A DNA stretch of 60,670 nucleotides, counting the filler, from Porpidia crustulata (taxonomy: Eukaryota), in the NCBI GenBank assembly GCA_964255105.1. It is 6 parts of 6 records of this genome, joined end to end, with 100 filler letters (N's around TTAATTAATTAA, not from the genome) between each part and the next. Parts side by side here need not be neighbours in the genome. Positions count along the whole stretch, not along the records: positions 1 to 10,035 come from CAXUWE010000849.1; positions 10,136 to 20,169 come from CAXUWE010000850.1; 4 more parts are not named here. One strand, written 5' to 3'. The translations under genes were made by a program, and so were the position numbers. Below are positions 1-13,586 of this stretch, piece after piece. The notes below the pieces were generated by a model that was not told the origin of the DNA, searched no databases, and saw only the letters and a program-made list of their open reading frames with translations. Numbering within the stretch: the first letter of the stretch is position 1; each line of letters opens with the position of its first letter.

Positions 1-1438
1 GTTTTCCAGGTGTGCAGGCATGCGGGGGACAGGCCGCTGGTTCTGCCCCTGGCGGTTCCGCTGTCGCCGAGGCCCACGGGCGGGCACCTCCGTGGTTGGG
101 GGCGTTACCCCATGAGTCGGCGGTTCAGAAGTCGATGCTTGGGGACTCGACGGATGCTGAGCCGGATGTGCCAGGCTTTCAGACACCTGGTGGCATTGTT
201 CCTCTGGCTCTGTCTCCATCTGTAGAGGAAGCGACGGCGAGATCTGAACCGCCGACCGAGGTTCTTCCCATTGCTGTAGGGATTGGTCTTCAACCGGCTT
301 GCTCGACGACGCCACGCCATTATGAACTCCCTTGAGGTTCAGGTTAGCGACCTGCTCTCAAAAGAATAATCTTTCAAGAAAAACATACCTTCTCGCGAAG
401 CTCTTCGATTTCTCGACGAAGATTCTCGAGTTCCGACTGGCATGCTCCGAGGGTTTCTTCTAGAGCCCTGGTTTTAGCTTCGTGTGTCCGCGAAGCTTCT
501 TGACTCTGAGCCTTTGAATCTCCCTTCTCCTTTTGCAGTGAAGAGTTCAAGTTAGCATGCTCCTTCTCCAGTTGCAATACCCTCTCGGCACCGCCACGAA
601 GACCTTGGATTTCCTCTCGAGCATATATAAGGTTATGCTGTACCGTCTCGAGTAGGGTGGCTTGCGACTCCAAGGCTTGTGTCTTCCCCTGAAGTAGCGA
701 CCTGATCTCGCCAATCTCCTTTTCTAGCTGCCGTACTCTATGGCCAGAGTCGGCTAGGTCAGCTTTATGTTGACCGTAAAGCTTTGACTGAAGTTCTTGC
801 CGGCCGGTCTGGCATTCAACAAGTCTTGTTTCAAGATCTTGTGCGTTAGTTTGACAGAGTTCATGGATGTGAGAAAGAGCAGCATAGTTCTTCTTGAGCT
901 CTTCATTCTCAGTCTTGAGACTCTCAGCTCCTTCACCTTGGCACCACTCGAGGTTTTCCAAGGTCTCTCGGACTTCAGGTCTTGGTTGCTTATTGTTGAA
1001 GAACCGAAAACCGACAAACGACATCCAAACAGCACGTTCGAGCCCGGAGTAAAGACGAAGCTCGCACAGGAGAACCGAGTAAAGGATCTCCAAAAGCAGC
1101 TGCCGTATGCTTTGATCGGCAGATTCTTCTTGATGCGGCTTGTGTTGAGAGGTTGTGTTGTTGCGAGGTGGGCACCCACATCTGTTTGGGGGGAAGAAGT
1201 TGTGAGAAAGGAGGTCTGGCGGTGGTAAGGCTGAGCAGTTGAACCTCCCTGCCGCTTCATAAAGGATCCCAAAATCTTCTGAGCTTGGCCATAGTGGATA
1301 TGATGGTGGAGCTTGTAGATTACCATGTCCTCCTCCGAGGGAACCAACATACGGAATAAGCCCGTAACGTTGTGCTACCTGACCCCCAAAAAGGGAAAGC
1401 AGGCTAGCAACGGCGTAAAGGATCACTTTAATGCACAT
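1..1438 (-). CDS. Hypothetical coiled-coil protein with hydrophobic N-terminus; 3' end runs off the window start
   Basis: The 354-aa ORF 374..1438 has an E/Q/L/K-rich heptad-like region. A GTATGT donor at about 388, a GCTAAC branch site and an AG acceptor at about 332 continue the frame (GVHNGVASSSKPVEDQ...) open to base 1. Confidence 0.6.
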
Positions 1439-2431
1439 CTTGGATGTTGTTTAAACGACTGCGAGACGACAAAGAAGAGGATGAATGTGTTGCTGTCAGG
1501 GGAACTACAACGTGCGGTGGATGTGACGTGTAGTTCTGTGAAATCAAAAGGAGTCTGTGATCCTGAAATCGGTGTAGGAGCGTGAAAGAAGAAAGGAGGA
1601 ACAGGACGAAGAAGTAAGTGCTGATGATAAGTGATGGTCAACAAAGGAAATTTTCAAGATGTGAATGTAAGATAATTCGTGATTGTAAAACTCCTTCTGC
1701 TTCACTCCTATCACAATTTCACCTGTGTTGAACCCACTCAAGATTATCAGCTCTGCTTATTCATACCCTCGACACTGGATGATTTGGATTGGAAATTGGT
1801 GTGCTTCATCCGACAAGGCTGAAATCCAGACAACATTTCTTCGACCGAGGCAATCTTGGAAATCAGGTTCTATCGCATGATCTGTAATGTCTTGTTGGCT
1901 ATGAGATAGCTCTAGAATGACTTTACTGCGAAATCACAGTCCCTGGATTGACCGAAGATTCTGAGAACAGCTCTCGCCATAGCCAAGAAGGATCGAAAAT
2001 AAAGTCTCTTCGCCCGCTTGCGGTGAACTTGAACTTCAGCTAGGAGTGTGGACACCAATAAACTTGTAGACCTCAGCATGACAATTATTGCATCGGGGAC
2101 CGAGGGTCGGGTACGTACTTGAAATGCATCAGGGCTTGCGTATAACAATTGCTGCTTTTAGAAGAGGACGGCTCCATCAAGAGTAAAGGGCAAGGGCGGA
2201 CTAAATACTTCATGTGTTGCTTTCCCAAATCGATATAAAGACCGGGATGATGTAGGCCAAGATGATCTGTTCCATACGTCGTTAATACCAAAATCAAAGT
2301 TTATAATTAGTAGATTACCACAATTTCGATGTTCATTGAGAGATAAGGCCCACCACAAAGATTGATACATAATGAATCGGACTCTGTGCTTTTCTTGGCT
2401 CCTCAGGACCCGGGGGAACCTAAACACACCA

Positions 2432-5355
2432 CTACAGCTGCCCATTCCCGATGACGTCCGGCGCTATTGCCTGCGACCCGTCTCCGGTATCAAATCCCCC
2501 ATATCCTAAGCTTGTCATGTCCGCCCAATCCCATTCTAGCGTCATAGGCATCTGCCACAAATCTTGCGGTACGAACGGATGTTGAAAGCTGCCCATGTTC
2601 ATTGGGGATGGCTGGCTACTAGTGTTGTTGCCATACAGCTGCATACCCTCCGGCGAAAAGCCCTGAGCCACGCCGCCGTTAGGCGAGGCATTTAGCATGT
2701 TAAATTCTGCAGTGTTCGAAAAATCCAGAGGGAAGTCGGTATTAGAAATAGTAGAGGGCGAGAACCCATTTGCAGAGGGGTTGAAGGGCTGTGTACCAAG
2801 GTCGTTAGAGAAATTGGGGCTGGTGAAGATATTCTCGGTGTTTGTTGAGATGGCAGTGTTGTTCTTGGCAAACGGACTGCCCAGAGTAGCAGGCTGTTGT
2901 TGGGGCCGCTGAGATTGCTGATGGGGGATGATGGAAGGAACGTCGTCTTGGTCTTTAGTTGGCTTTCGTTTCCGACGTGAGTGGTTTTCCTTGTCGGCTT
3001 TATCGAGAACGACTTTGGCTATACGCTCAAATTCCGAGCAAACACCTAGCATTCGTTTCACGCCACCATGTTCCTCGGTTACGCTAAGGAGAGAAAGGAA
3101 ATTGACGACTTGATTCATAAGTTTTACATCAGAGCGAGCGCGGGCATCCTGAGGGTTTTGCAGAATATTGGCAAAGAGAGTGACAAGTGAGGACACAGGG
3201 AAGTAAAGGATCAACCTTGAAGTTATGAGCAACAACATGCACATGGGATGGAGAAGTCACTTACCAGACGCAGGAGTAATCTCCTTGTGGGATATAGCGA
3301 ATGAGATGAATGGAAGCTCTTGCAGCCTGCACGCAAAGTGCGGCGGAGGAAAATACTCTAGGATTGAGAGGCCTTGCATTGAGACCCTGTATTGCATAGT
3401 TTGAGAGCCGACTCGTCCAGTAGCCATGGTGAACGGACATGCGATGAATCGTGGTCAGGCAGTTGTAATACGCAAAATGTAGCACTACGACGTGGAGGAT
3501 TAAGGGAGTGTGCGAAGCCTTGATCTCATGTTCTGGTCGGAAGTCGAGAGGTATCCCATCTTTCCACTCTTCGAGCTCTTTGTCAAGTTCGCCAATAGTG
3601 TTGAGCAGTGCACCATCAGATTGCTTCGAGGCCTTTGTAGAATAAAGCTGTTTATAGACTTTGCTTTCGATGATGGCAAATGTGCACATCAACCTGAAAA
3701 GATTCGTCTTTCCTTTACCGTCGGCTAAGGGAATGTTGCCTATGTTGTCGCTTGGGTCCTCGCTGGGTAGGTCGACATTCATATCATCATCATCCTGCGC
3801 TGGAGGTCGACCAGATCGGAGGCATATATCTTTGTCAAGTAGATACGCGATCCAGAACACACGCTTCCTCTGCTCTATCTCAACCGGATTCAGGTTGAAA
3901 CCCGAGCCTCTTTTGTGTAGGCCTATGCTGTGAGCAAGGCGAATGGCGGCAGCAACAAGGAAAAAGGATGGTTGGGGATTCGGAGTACCCAAGAGGAACA
4001 AGGCCATACCAAGAAGGGCCTGAACGCTAAGAAGATCTGTATTTCGCATCGTGAGCTCTGTGAGCACACCGATGGCGTTTTTAAGAAACCCCCAAGCCTT
4101 CTTGTCTTCCTCCTGTGGTACCAAATGACTCATGACACGTAATCTGTGTGCGATTGCGAGAGCAATATTCAGGCTTGCCCACCATCCTGAGCCTTCATAA
4201 GGGTCTCGTTGGTAATGCTTATCAACAAGGTACATGAACGTAGGTTCATGAAATAGAGGGAACATGCAATTGAAGTTTTCGAAGAAGTCTTTTAGGAGTG
4301 AGAGAGCCTCATCTCGCGGCGGCAGTGGCATGAATGTACGACGTACAAACATGTCACTAAAGATTTCTGGCTTCCAATACACCCATTTATTGTCGTCAAC
4401 AGCCGCCGTAGATATCATTTCTTGAAAAGAGTTGTCCCCTGTTTTCTCGTTGACCCATTCAATGCCTTTAGGCGAGAAGATGGAAAATCCTGACGAGGAC
4501 CCTTATCAAGGTAAGCCTGTGGTATGTATGAAATATGTGCCCGTAGGACTTACCGATATATCTCGTCTCTCCACAATTGTTCGTGACGAGCGAACACATT
4601 CGGTCAGACAAGGCTTCAACCTCTTCTTCGGTTTTATTTTGCAAGTCTGGTGATTTTGTCGAATCGGGCGGTGTTGGCGGTTTATCAAGTCGGGGAGTTG
4701 TTTGAGGTGATTCAATGGACGAACAAGGCTGGCTGACAGATTTTGACCTCCTGGCTGGAGAGTCTGTGGGAGTTCCTATGGTACCCTGACTGTTGGCCTT
4801 GTCGGCAAGTCGCTTCTCTACAGTGCCCAGATCTCCGTCGTCATCATTCAATAGGCCGGACATCTTCAGCAGCGACTCCATTCGTCCCAGTCGATTTTCA
4901 AGACCTTCGATGTATTTGGCTCTTAGACTAGAATCAGCATATCATGAATCAATAGATTGGGTAAAAAGGCTACACACCCCTTCGGAGGATTGCGCTTCTT
5001 TTCCACTTGCGTAAATATACATTCTGTCTTATAGTTGATACAATGCGAACACGCTGGCATCTTCCCATCACACTTTATTTTCTTTTTCCGGCACATATCA
5101 CAGGCCTGCCACAGCATGGTCAGAGCTATGGATGTAGCACTATGGAAGGGATGCACGTACTCGTGCTATTCTCCTTCTCTTCGCCTCATTACTTTCATCC
5201 ATTGCCCCTCCCAGATCCTCGGCGAAGAAAGGACCGGCACTGAAGTTGGGATCGGTTGGAGATTCATCACTGCCGCCAAATATTTGAGGTGGAGGGTTTA
5301 GAAGTGGAGGAGCGGTAAAGGGGGCGTTATCGTGCTGAGGCTTATATGGTTCCAT
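2432..5355 (-). CDS. atrR: Zn(II)2Cys6 transcription factor with fungal MHR domain, AtrR-like (ABC transporter/cyp51 regulator)
   Basis: Spliced product [37 protein letters not shown]...[59 protein letters not shown] and [20 protein letters not shown] closely matches Aspergillus AtrR as recalled; canonical GT-AG introns separate the ORF pieces. Confidence 0.9.
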
Positions 5356-5971
5356 AATGAAAAAAGTGTCTCTGTTCGGAAAAATTCTAGAGATAGAGTG
5401 CAATGCGCTGGAAGTCCAAAGACGAGGTGTGGGATAGGTTTGTCGTTTAGACGTTGAGTTCCAAGTAGTATAGGAGTCTATTGTAGTATGCCATCTTTGA
5501 AGTCATACTGTTGTACCGATATTGCGGCCTGAAAGCAACATGCCCTGTGTGTGTCGGTCAGACTGATAATTGGTCAGCACGTCCTGTTCAATCTGTGGAC
5601 TGCGATTCGACTAATTACTTATGATGTAGGCTGCCAAAAGGCGTACGAATCCACTAACTCCGACCCATGTAGCGCATCAACGCCCTGCCTGATGCCTCGG
5701 TACGGAGTTACGCTTAGATATAATACGAAAGTAAACCAAGCATAGGGTGTCAGATGTCATTGCATCGCTTAAGCGTGACATGTCTATGGAACTGGTACAA
5801 CGACTTTTGACAATCCATGGTGAAGGGACTTCTAGTTTTAGCCGTGTCTATTCCGCATCAGTACGACTGTCAAGTCACGTCGGGCAAAACCCTAATCGAA
5901 TGTCACTATTTGACGTCGTGCTACCCTAAGTTCTCAAATTTGGTTGAAAAGCAATTGCATTGTGTTCGGAA

Positions 5972-7704
5972 ATGTAAGAGATTTGACCGAATGTGAGTGC
6001 AGAAGGTTTATGCTTGCTACAGGTCACCCCTTACAGCAGAGGATTTGAAAAGACATCCGGAATTTGAACATGTAACTTGGGATCTTAAGCCCACGAAGAA
6101 CGGTAGAGTACCGGTTGCGAAGGCTCGAGGTGGACCGATTGAATTAGCATACGAAATACATGGACATGGACCAATACATCTTGTGGTACGATCTCTATCT
6201 TTCTTGATGTTAATCTAGTTCATGAATTCAATTCGAGTCCCCGTGGACGTCCTGCATGATATTTTGATATGTTTATGAAAGCTTTGCAATCTACCTTCGA
6301 GGTCATCTGTCTCGTGAAGCTTTGCCATGCCATATTTCAAGCGAAAGAAGCCGAAGGAGCTTATACTTCTCCTAGTGGATCATGGGTCTTGGAACTTTCA
6401 AAAGTGCCTGGCAACGGCAAACAAAAGACTTTGGCCATGACCAAGCCTCGAAATACACATGTCTTATATGGGACAACAGAGGTGATTCCAACAGCCGAAT
6501 CCTCAGGTTGAGTTTGATGCTGGAGTTGATGCTTTCTAGGCATGGGCGGATCTGATAAGCCCATCATGCGGTATTCCACTTCTGAAATGGCAGCAGATGC
6601 TGTAGAATTAGTTGACTTCATTGGATGGAAGTCGAAAAGAGAACTGCATGTTGTAAGCTCGTTTTCATTCAAGTTATTCGTGCGCTGAATGTCCCAATGG
6701 AATTCCAAGACACCTTTGTATGTCATGAATATTACAGTCGTACATGATTGCCAGCAATTCTATCTCCAAAGAGCGAGGCTGACTCAGAAGCTGGTATAGA
6801 CTGGTGTCAGTATGGGAGGTACGTGCAAATCATCCGCTCTGGCACAAGAATAGCCCCAGACTTGTCCACCAGCTCGTATGCAATTGCTTGGGTCTTTACC
6901 CCAGTAATTGTCACGATCATTTGATGGTTTGAAACCTCGGCTTACTCGTGCTTAGGTATGATTGCACAAGAGCTGGTTGGCTTGCCAAATTTCGACATAC
7001 GCCTCTATCTACTAAGTTGTAGTACAGACTCTATTGATTCCCGAACGGATAGCTTCGTTGTCCCTTGTATCAACGGCGGCGCGACTAGAAAATTCTATGG
7101 TATATCCTACGGCACATTGGGGCTGATTTCATCAGTGCTGAGCTTTTAAACAGGGTTTCTTCGAGAATCTTCGTAACAGGATTAACATGTTGTAAGTCGG
7201 CCAAGGCACTTACAGTAGGAGATCAAAAATAACAAATCAAGTATCCCGAAAGCCGCCGATATCCAACTCGCCGAAATCAAAGCTCGACTGTTCAGCAAGG
7301 AATGGCTATCCGAACCCGACGCTGAAGGATCCTTCCCTACAAACGGCGACCGTTTTGCAGCGCAGGAAGTAAAAAAGCGTCAAGATACCGAAGGTTTCAC
7401 GCGCAAGGGCTTCATGTGCCAGGCTATTGCTGCTGGATGGCATCACAAGAGCGCCAAGCAGCTTGAAGAATTGGCAGATAAGGTGGGAAGAGATAGAATC
7501 ATGGTGGTACATGGGACGGTGGATCAAATGATCACGGTGCCCCATGGAGAGGTTTTAGTGAGAGAGTTCGGAGGGGAGGAGCGAGGAGTGAAGAGAGTGA
7601 TTTTTGAGGGCAAGGGACATGCGTTGATGATGGAGGAGAGATGGCCATTCACGAAACTGGTGGAGGGGTTTGTGGAGAAAACGGAAGCGCTGGGGGAATC
7701 CTGA
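5972..7704 (+). CDS. Alpha/beta-fold hydrolase, multi-exon
   Basis: Exons give LAYEIHGHGPIHLV, WDNRGMGGSDKP, the GVSMGG nucleophile elbow (exon 6800-6818 plus next exon), VVHGTVDQMI (catalytic Asp) and EGKGHALM (catalytic His). The start codon appears split by an intron (AT|G). Confidence 0.85.
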
Positions 7705-9146
7705 TGCTACCGTTCGAGAATAATAAGCTTCGCTGTCGTTTGTCAAGGGGACTATTTACATAATTATTCGAACTCAGACTGTGGATCCGCAGAACGCGTG
7801 TCATTTAACCTGAACGACCATCATCGAGATATCCGCAATTCTGCCATGTTCACTCATTGCCTGCATGTATGATCTCGTTCACTTTGCCTTGCTTTGACCG
7901 ATGGAAGAAATGACCCATCCTTTCAAACAAGCATACAGAGCATCATGGTGCCGCTGCAAATATCCTCATACCACCCGTCGGCGTCAATTTCGTTCGATAT
8001 TGAAGGGCTATGTAGAGCAAATTGGTTGCCCTGAATCGAGGATGTGACTGAAAACTTGTCTCCGCCATCAATTCTGCACATAGGCTAAAGGTTTTAGGGA
8101 GTTAAATTAAGATTCGGAAAGAGATCTCTGTCGTTGAAACAATAGCTTTAGCGATTTTATGTCCATTAGGCACAATTGTGATTCAATCTGGATAAGGAAA
8201 TGGTTCGTTCAATTGAAAGTGGGTTTATCGGATGTGCTCACCAGCACGAGGCAGGTGATGCTTCCAGGTTCATGGTAAGGTAGAGCCGGTCGCAACAGTC
8301 CTTGTCTCTAAGTTCGCAGTGATTCTTAGAAATTACTTATGAGTGAAGTGTTTGACTTCCATATTGGAACAACGAAGTTTCCAACGCCAAAAACGCCTCG
8401 CTAGACCCTCAAATTCCTATATTACAGGACTCACAATGTACACTGCGTATCCATCAGTTCTTCTCCAGGAACTCCTTCGCTTCGTTGACTTTCGTGGCCA
8501 AGTACGGACTTCCTCCTCGATCCGGGTGATTCAGTAGCATAAGTTGCCTGTGATTTTTCCGTATCTTTTCCTTGGTCAAGGTCCTTTCGCTATGAATAAT
8601 CCTGTCAGAATGCACGTAAACCTCAAAGACCACTATTCCTCACCTCAACTGTAATATTAATGCTGCTTCTCGTCTATTCATCTTAGGTTCGAAGCCGCCT
8701 TTGTAGAAGGGCCTCCCCAAAGCTGCTGCGCCAGTGGCTCCGCCTCTGTACTTTCGGAAAGCTACCAGGCCGGCTCTTCCCTATACGTATGCGTCAACTC
8801 TCCAGTCTTAAGCAGCCCACAAGAGCGCTTACGAAGAATGCCGCAGCAGCGACTCCGACTCCGACCGCAACTACTGTGGTCATCCTATGCCTGTAGCTTT
8901 CTTGGAAGAGATTTTTAGCAATTGGGAGAGTAATTACTGGTGGTCCGATCGCTTATTAGAGAGCCAGAGACTTGTGTAGAGGGAAGTTATTGGTTACCCC
9001 AGGACCTGGTCTGGCGGCGATGTTGAATTTGCCCGCCTCGCCTCGCCGATCTCTGCACGCACACCACTAGCGTCATTTTGGATACCTTTGCTTGTCGAAT
9101 TTCGTCCCCAACGTCAATAATCGTTTCCCTCCTAGCAACAGCAGAC

Positions 9147-9825
9147 ATGAGGTATGGAGGATTCAGGAATTTTCTATACCTACTGAAACTCACTGACGCT
9201 TACTGACAGGATCGAAACATGTTACTTCTGCTCCCAGCCATGCTACCCTTCGAAAGGCATCACTTTTGTGCGCAACGATGCCCGAGTCTTCAAGTTCTGC
9301 CGTAGTAAATGTCACAAGAATGTACGCATCCGATCACAGCGTTCCCATACTCAATCTTCCTACTTACATCCGATACAGTTCAAAATGAAGCGCAACCCCC
9401 GCAAACTCAAATGGACCAAAGCATTCCGCAAATCCGCCGGCAAAGAAATGATCGTCGACTCCACCCTCACCTTCGCCGCTCGCCGCAACATCCCCGTCCG
9501 CTATAATCGTGAGCTCGTTGCTACTACCCTCAAAGCTATGCAACGGCTCTCGGATATCCGCGCCAAGCGAGAAAGAGTCTTCTACAAAAACCGTATGGCT
9601 GGGAACAAGGAGAGGGAGAGAGCCGCAAACAAAAAGCTCGTCGCAGAGAACGAGCACTTACTTCCGAGGATACGAGCATCGGAGAGGATGGCCGTGGATG
9701 CAGAGGAGCAAGAGCCGATGGTTCAAGAGGAGATGATGGAGGTGCCGGCGATACAACAGAAGAAGAAGCAGAAGGCCAAGCAAAGACTGCTGGTGGACGG
9801 AGGGGTGGAGATGGATATGGATTGA
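9147..9825 (+). CDS. RLP24: Ribosome biogenesis protein Rlp24 (eL24-like)
   Basis: [63 protein letters not shown]; two GT-AG introns. Confidence 0.95.
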
Positions 9826-10035
9826 GACGCTACACGATACCATGGTTCCTTGAGCAAGGTGTTCAGGTTGCTTTTCCAAAAATTAAAAACCAAATTTTGG
9901 TATATCTCTCAAATCTCATCCTCTTCTCTCGTCGCACTGGGTATATCATCGCAAACTCCTCTCCCTACCCTATCTACATCTCTCAAATCTACAAATCCAT
10001 ATACGGTCAAACTCAAACCTATTTCACCTCAATCC

Positions 10036-10135
10036 NNNNNNNNNNNNNNNNNNNNNNNNNNNNNNNNNNNNNNNNNNNNTTAATTAATTAANNNNNNNNN
10101 NNNNNNNNNNNNNNNNNNNNNNNNNNNNNNNNNNN
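10036..10135. other. Artificial contig linker N44-TTAATTAATTAA-N44
   Basis: Exactly 100 bp, with a palindromic six-frame-stop core at 10080-10091. Confidence 0.98.
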
Positions 10136-13100
10136 GGGTTTGGGGTGTGCACGGGACCGGAACGTGCACGGGCCCGGGAATACTCCTAAGTGCAATTGCC
10201 TGGAATCACATGATGCGGAAATCTGTTTTTCTGGCCTCTTTTACCTCGGGTCTTGGTATCCTACCTTCGGGTACCGTGTGTTCAGCAACATGGGTACCTT
10301 GTTCATCCCCTCGTAGATTTTGCATGCTTGGTCTACGCTTTTGCTAGACCTAGGAGAGAAGCCGCGTCTGTTCTGCAGGTAATAGCATCAGCTGAATTGG
10401 AGGTAACCTCATCAAAGCCATGTGATTGACTTGCATCTGTACGCGCAATGATCAAGAGATCGCTTCAAACCTTCCCGCATGCTGTCACAGTCGCTGAGAC
10501 TGGGTCAAGATAACTTTGACAAGATATCATCTCTTTTTCGAGCCAACGACCGCATCGCTTCATCTGAAATGAGTCTTCGATGTGCAGTGCTGCTACTTAA
10601 GTAGGAATATACTGTAACGTCATTCGAGTATCAATTACCGGCCCGCTATATATCGTATTGACTTTCGCTGTTAAAGGAATATTGACATCGAGGTTTGCAA
10701 TTATTTCTGTGTTGGCTCTCATATCATTCAGCGTTGATGAGCTGAGATCTGCTATTATCAACTATAACATAGACGTTCTAGCTCCTGTCTTAAAAAACCT
10801 TCCGTGAGTCTTCGCCCTCATCGAGACGCACGGTGGGATCTATCACGTAGAGGACGGACCGTGAGATTATAATACACTTCAGGAGAAACGATAAGAATTT
10901 GATGATTCTAGAGAAGTTGCCAGAGGTTGGCCGCTGTACGGACAGGGACAGGGACAGTGGGAAAAGATAAGGTCATCTTTGAAGAACTCAATAAAAAGGT
11001 TCGGCTACAGAAATAGTGCGTTATAGCTCTTGCCCATCTTTGACCGTCTGAGGCTAAGTGAGCCTCATTCTATATGAATTCAGCTCCCTCGGAATGAGCA
11101 ATGATTGAGCGGTGCAACACTGACATTGCCGAGGGTCGAAATGCTGAGGAAAGGCGGGAATATTTGCAAATATGTGAAAACCTCGTCTTGCAATCAAGGG
11201 AAAGAGTAGAGAGATTGACTTTAGGAGTGTACATGACAGGATAAGAAGCCAACTGAGACAGATCCTTAGAACCAAAAGAGTACATCAATGGTTAATATGG
11301 GCCGCTGGAATAAGTACACAAGGGGAGGATGTTAACGACCGAGGACGGTTTCCGCCGTACACACCCCTTGACTTCGTAAACCAGATCGAGAAGCTAGAAT
11401 TCGCAAATGAAGAAGCTGGTGTCAGAGACCCAGGCACTCTAATTAACTGAATTTCACACGGTGGCTCTACTAGCTGAATTGTAGGCTGAGAAGAACACGA
11501 ACGAGTGTACCGAGAACCTTCGCTGCCGAAATCTAGATCCATTATTTCCCGACGATGGACAAATTGGATTGGATTTATTTCATTGATTACCGTAACCCAC
11601 CAACAGGTTATCGATCGTACATTAGCTGCTGATAACACAGCATCCGAGGAAGTTCATGTTAAGCAGCGAAAGAGCACAGGGACTAACGCGAAGTAGTCAT
11701 ATTGATCCAATGGAAGTATGTAGTGCTACGCGTCTGCTGGCTTTGAACAACAACCTAGAGGCCAATCTTCGAGAGGCCTTGAAATATAATACTTTTGGAG
11801 GACGTTGTCAGATAGAGAAGGCTCGTACTCTGAAGCCTCCTTACGGCTGGGAGATACCTCCTTATGGCTTTACTTCTAAAATTCGTAAGATCCTAAATTC
11901 GAATCGAGTTGCTCGAGACTTTCAGAGCAGCTGAGAGTGCGAGAATGACCTTGTGGTAGAAAAGAAAATGCCGACTGAGGGATACTTCCGTACATCAAAA
12001 ACACTAAAATCTGTTATCATGATTCATGTTTAAACAAGTGTAAGAGTCTGTAAGTAGCAAGGAAACATTAGATCCACCGAGCGAATTTTTCATCATTGTA
12101 TACGGATAGATAAAATTATGGTTGTTTCCAGCCCTGAAAAGACACCCCACGTATATTATCTGGCAGCGCCCATCGGAGATTATCCCTACGCCGTGATCCA
12201 CATCTGCTTCTTGACTATATTCAAAATCAACGTTAATCATGGAACATCGTCTCGGAAGGTGATTAGACGGTTTTATGGGAAAAATCCATGAGTTCAGGGT
12301 CGGAAGCCTGTCCAAGACCACAACCTTAATAGGGAAGAAAATGTAGTCGGAAACATACAGAAATATATTTTTTGAGTCTCATCAAACTATAATAGTGCTA
12401 ATGATCAATTTGTCAACGGTCAAGAATGATATAAAGAAGCGTGAGATCCGAATTTCCTCCCTTCCGTGATAATAGGATATGTGATATAATTAGCCTTTAT
12501 GGAAGGTACTGCGTCGCATGTGATAACGGTTTTATACTCTCGAATGGATCACTGTGTACCTGAGCCTTGTGGTCTGTACCGTGGTAGGAAAGCGGGCATG
12601 CCGACCTTACAGGTACCTGGGTAGAGTTACGCTTCGTCTCCAAATTCAGCGGATGCTAAAAGTCATTGCACGACTTGAATAGCCGTAGTTTGGTCCAGTG
12701 CTTTAATGACTTCTTGCAGGCCCTGGCGCAGCGCGCAGGAAGCGGAGAGTGCCATGATTGGCATGGGAAATCCCCGTTCAAGCGCGCTAGACAAGGCCAG
12801 ACCATGACGTATCGCGAATTAGCACTCTAGACAGCGGGAGATGGCTTTTTTTTCCATCTCGGTAAGTCCGTAACGTGGACTGATCCATGGCGTTCAACGT
12901 TTCCCTCTCATCCCGAATCCGCGAGTATCCCTACCTAGTACAAGTTTTTGCCTCGAATAAAGAATGATTTGACGGCCTGAGCTTGTATGACTTATTTCTT
13001 TGGGCGAATCAAGCCCTGTCGGTCCCCGCATACGGTTAGTGCCAGAGCGATTCAGAATTTTAATTGCTTGCAAACTGTCAGCCTCGCAGTGGCAGTCGTG

Positions 13101-13586
13101 ATCTCATCTCCTATCTCAGCCATCCCTACCCCATCCGTGGTATTCGCTCGACCTGCTCGTGGTTGAGAGCACTACGCCACCCTGTACCCTACTCGGTGTC
13201 CTAGACACCAAAGAGCAGTGGCGCCTGCAGCTACGGAATATGGTACCCCCCAAGCACCCTAGGAGATGATGGGATTCGCTCCCCGGCCTCAATGCCTCCC
13301 AGAGCCAAGATTCAACGTACGACGGTGGAGGTCTTGACTTCTTCCCCCGTTGAAATTTGATTGCCTAGCAATACTACCATATATCTTAGTACAGATGTAG
13401 CATCGTCCAATTTGCTGACTTTTCTCCGCCTGATGACGTGCAGTCCAACGTTGTTTCATGTATATTCAATAATCTCTTACCTTCCACCAGCCATCGCCAG
13501 AATCACATCTTCTCTCTTCTTCCTTATTGCGAAGTACACTTACTTCGTACCTACCTTAGACTTTTCTTTCACCGTGTACTCCAACT

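Noticed and set aside
7750..9100. Intergenic region with short ORFs and CGACTC repeats near 8850
   Set aside because: All frames are interrupted and no protein motif is recognisable.
10080..10091. Palindrome TTAATTAATTAA recurring about every 10.1 kb (repeat array, piggyBac TTAA site or CRISPR-like repeat)
   Set aside because: It is always centred between 44-N runs, so it is a synthetic linker; ORFs ending in ...XXXLIN are artefacts of it.
10136..13500. 3.4-kb gene-poor stretch with short ORFs (11505, 11656, 12004) as a transposon or gene relic
   Set aside because: No transposase, RT, integrase, TIR or LTR motif could be recognised. A decayed gene is possible but needs a BLASTx hit.
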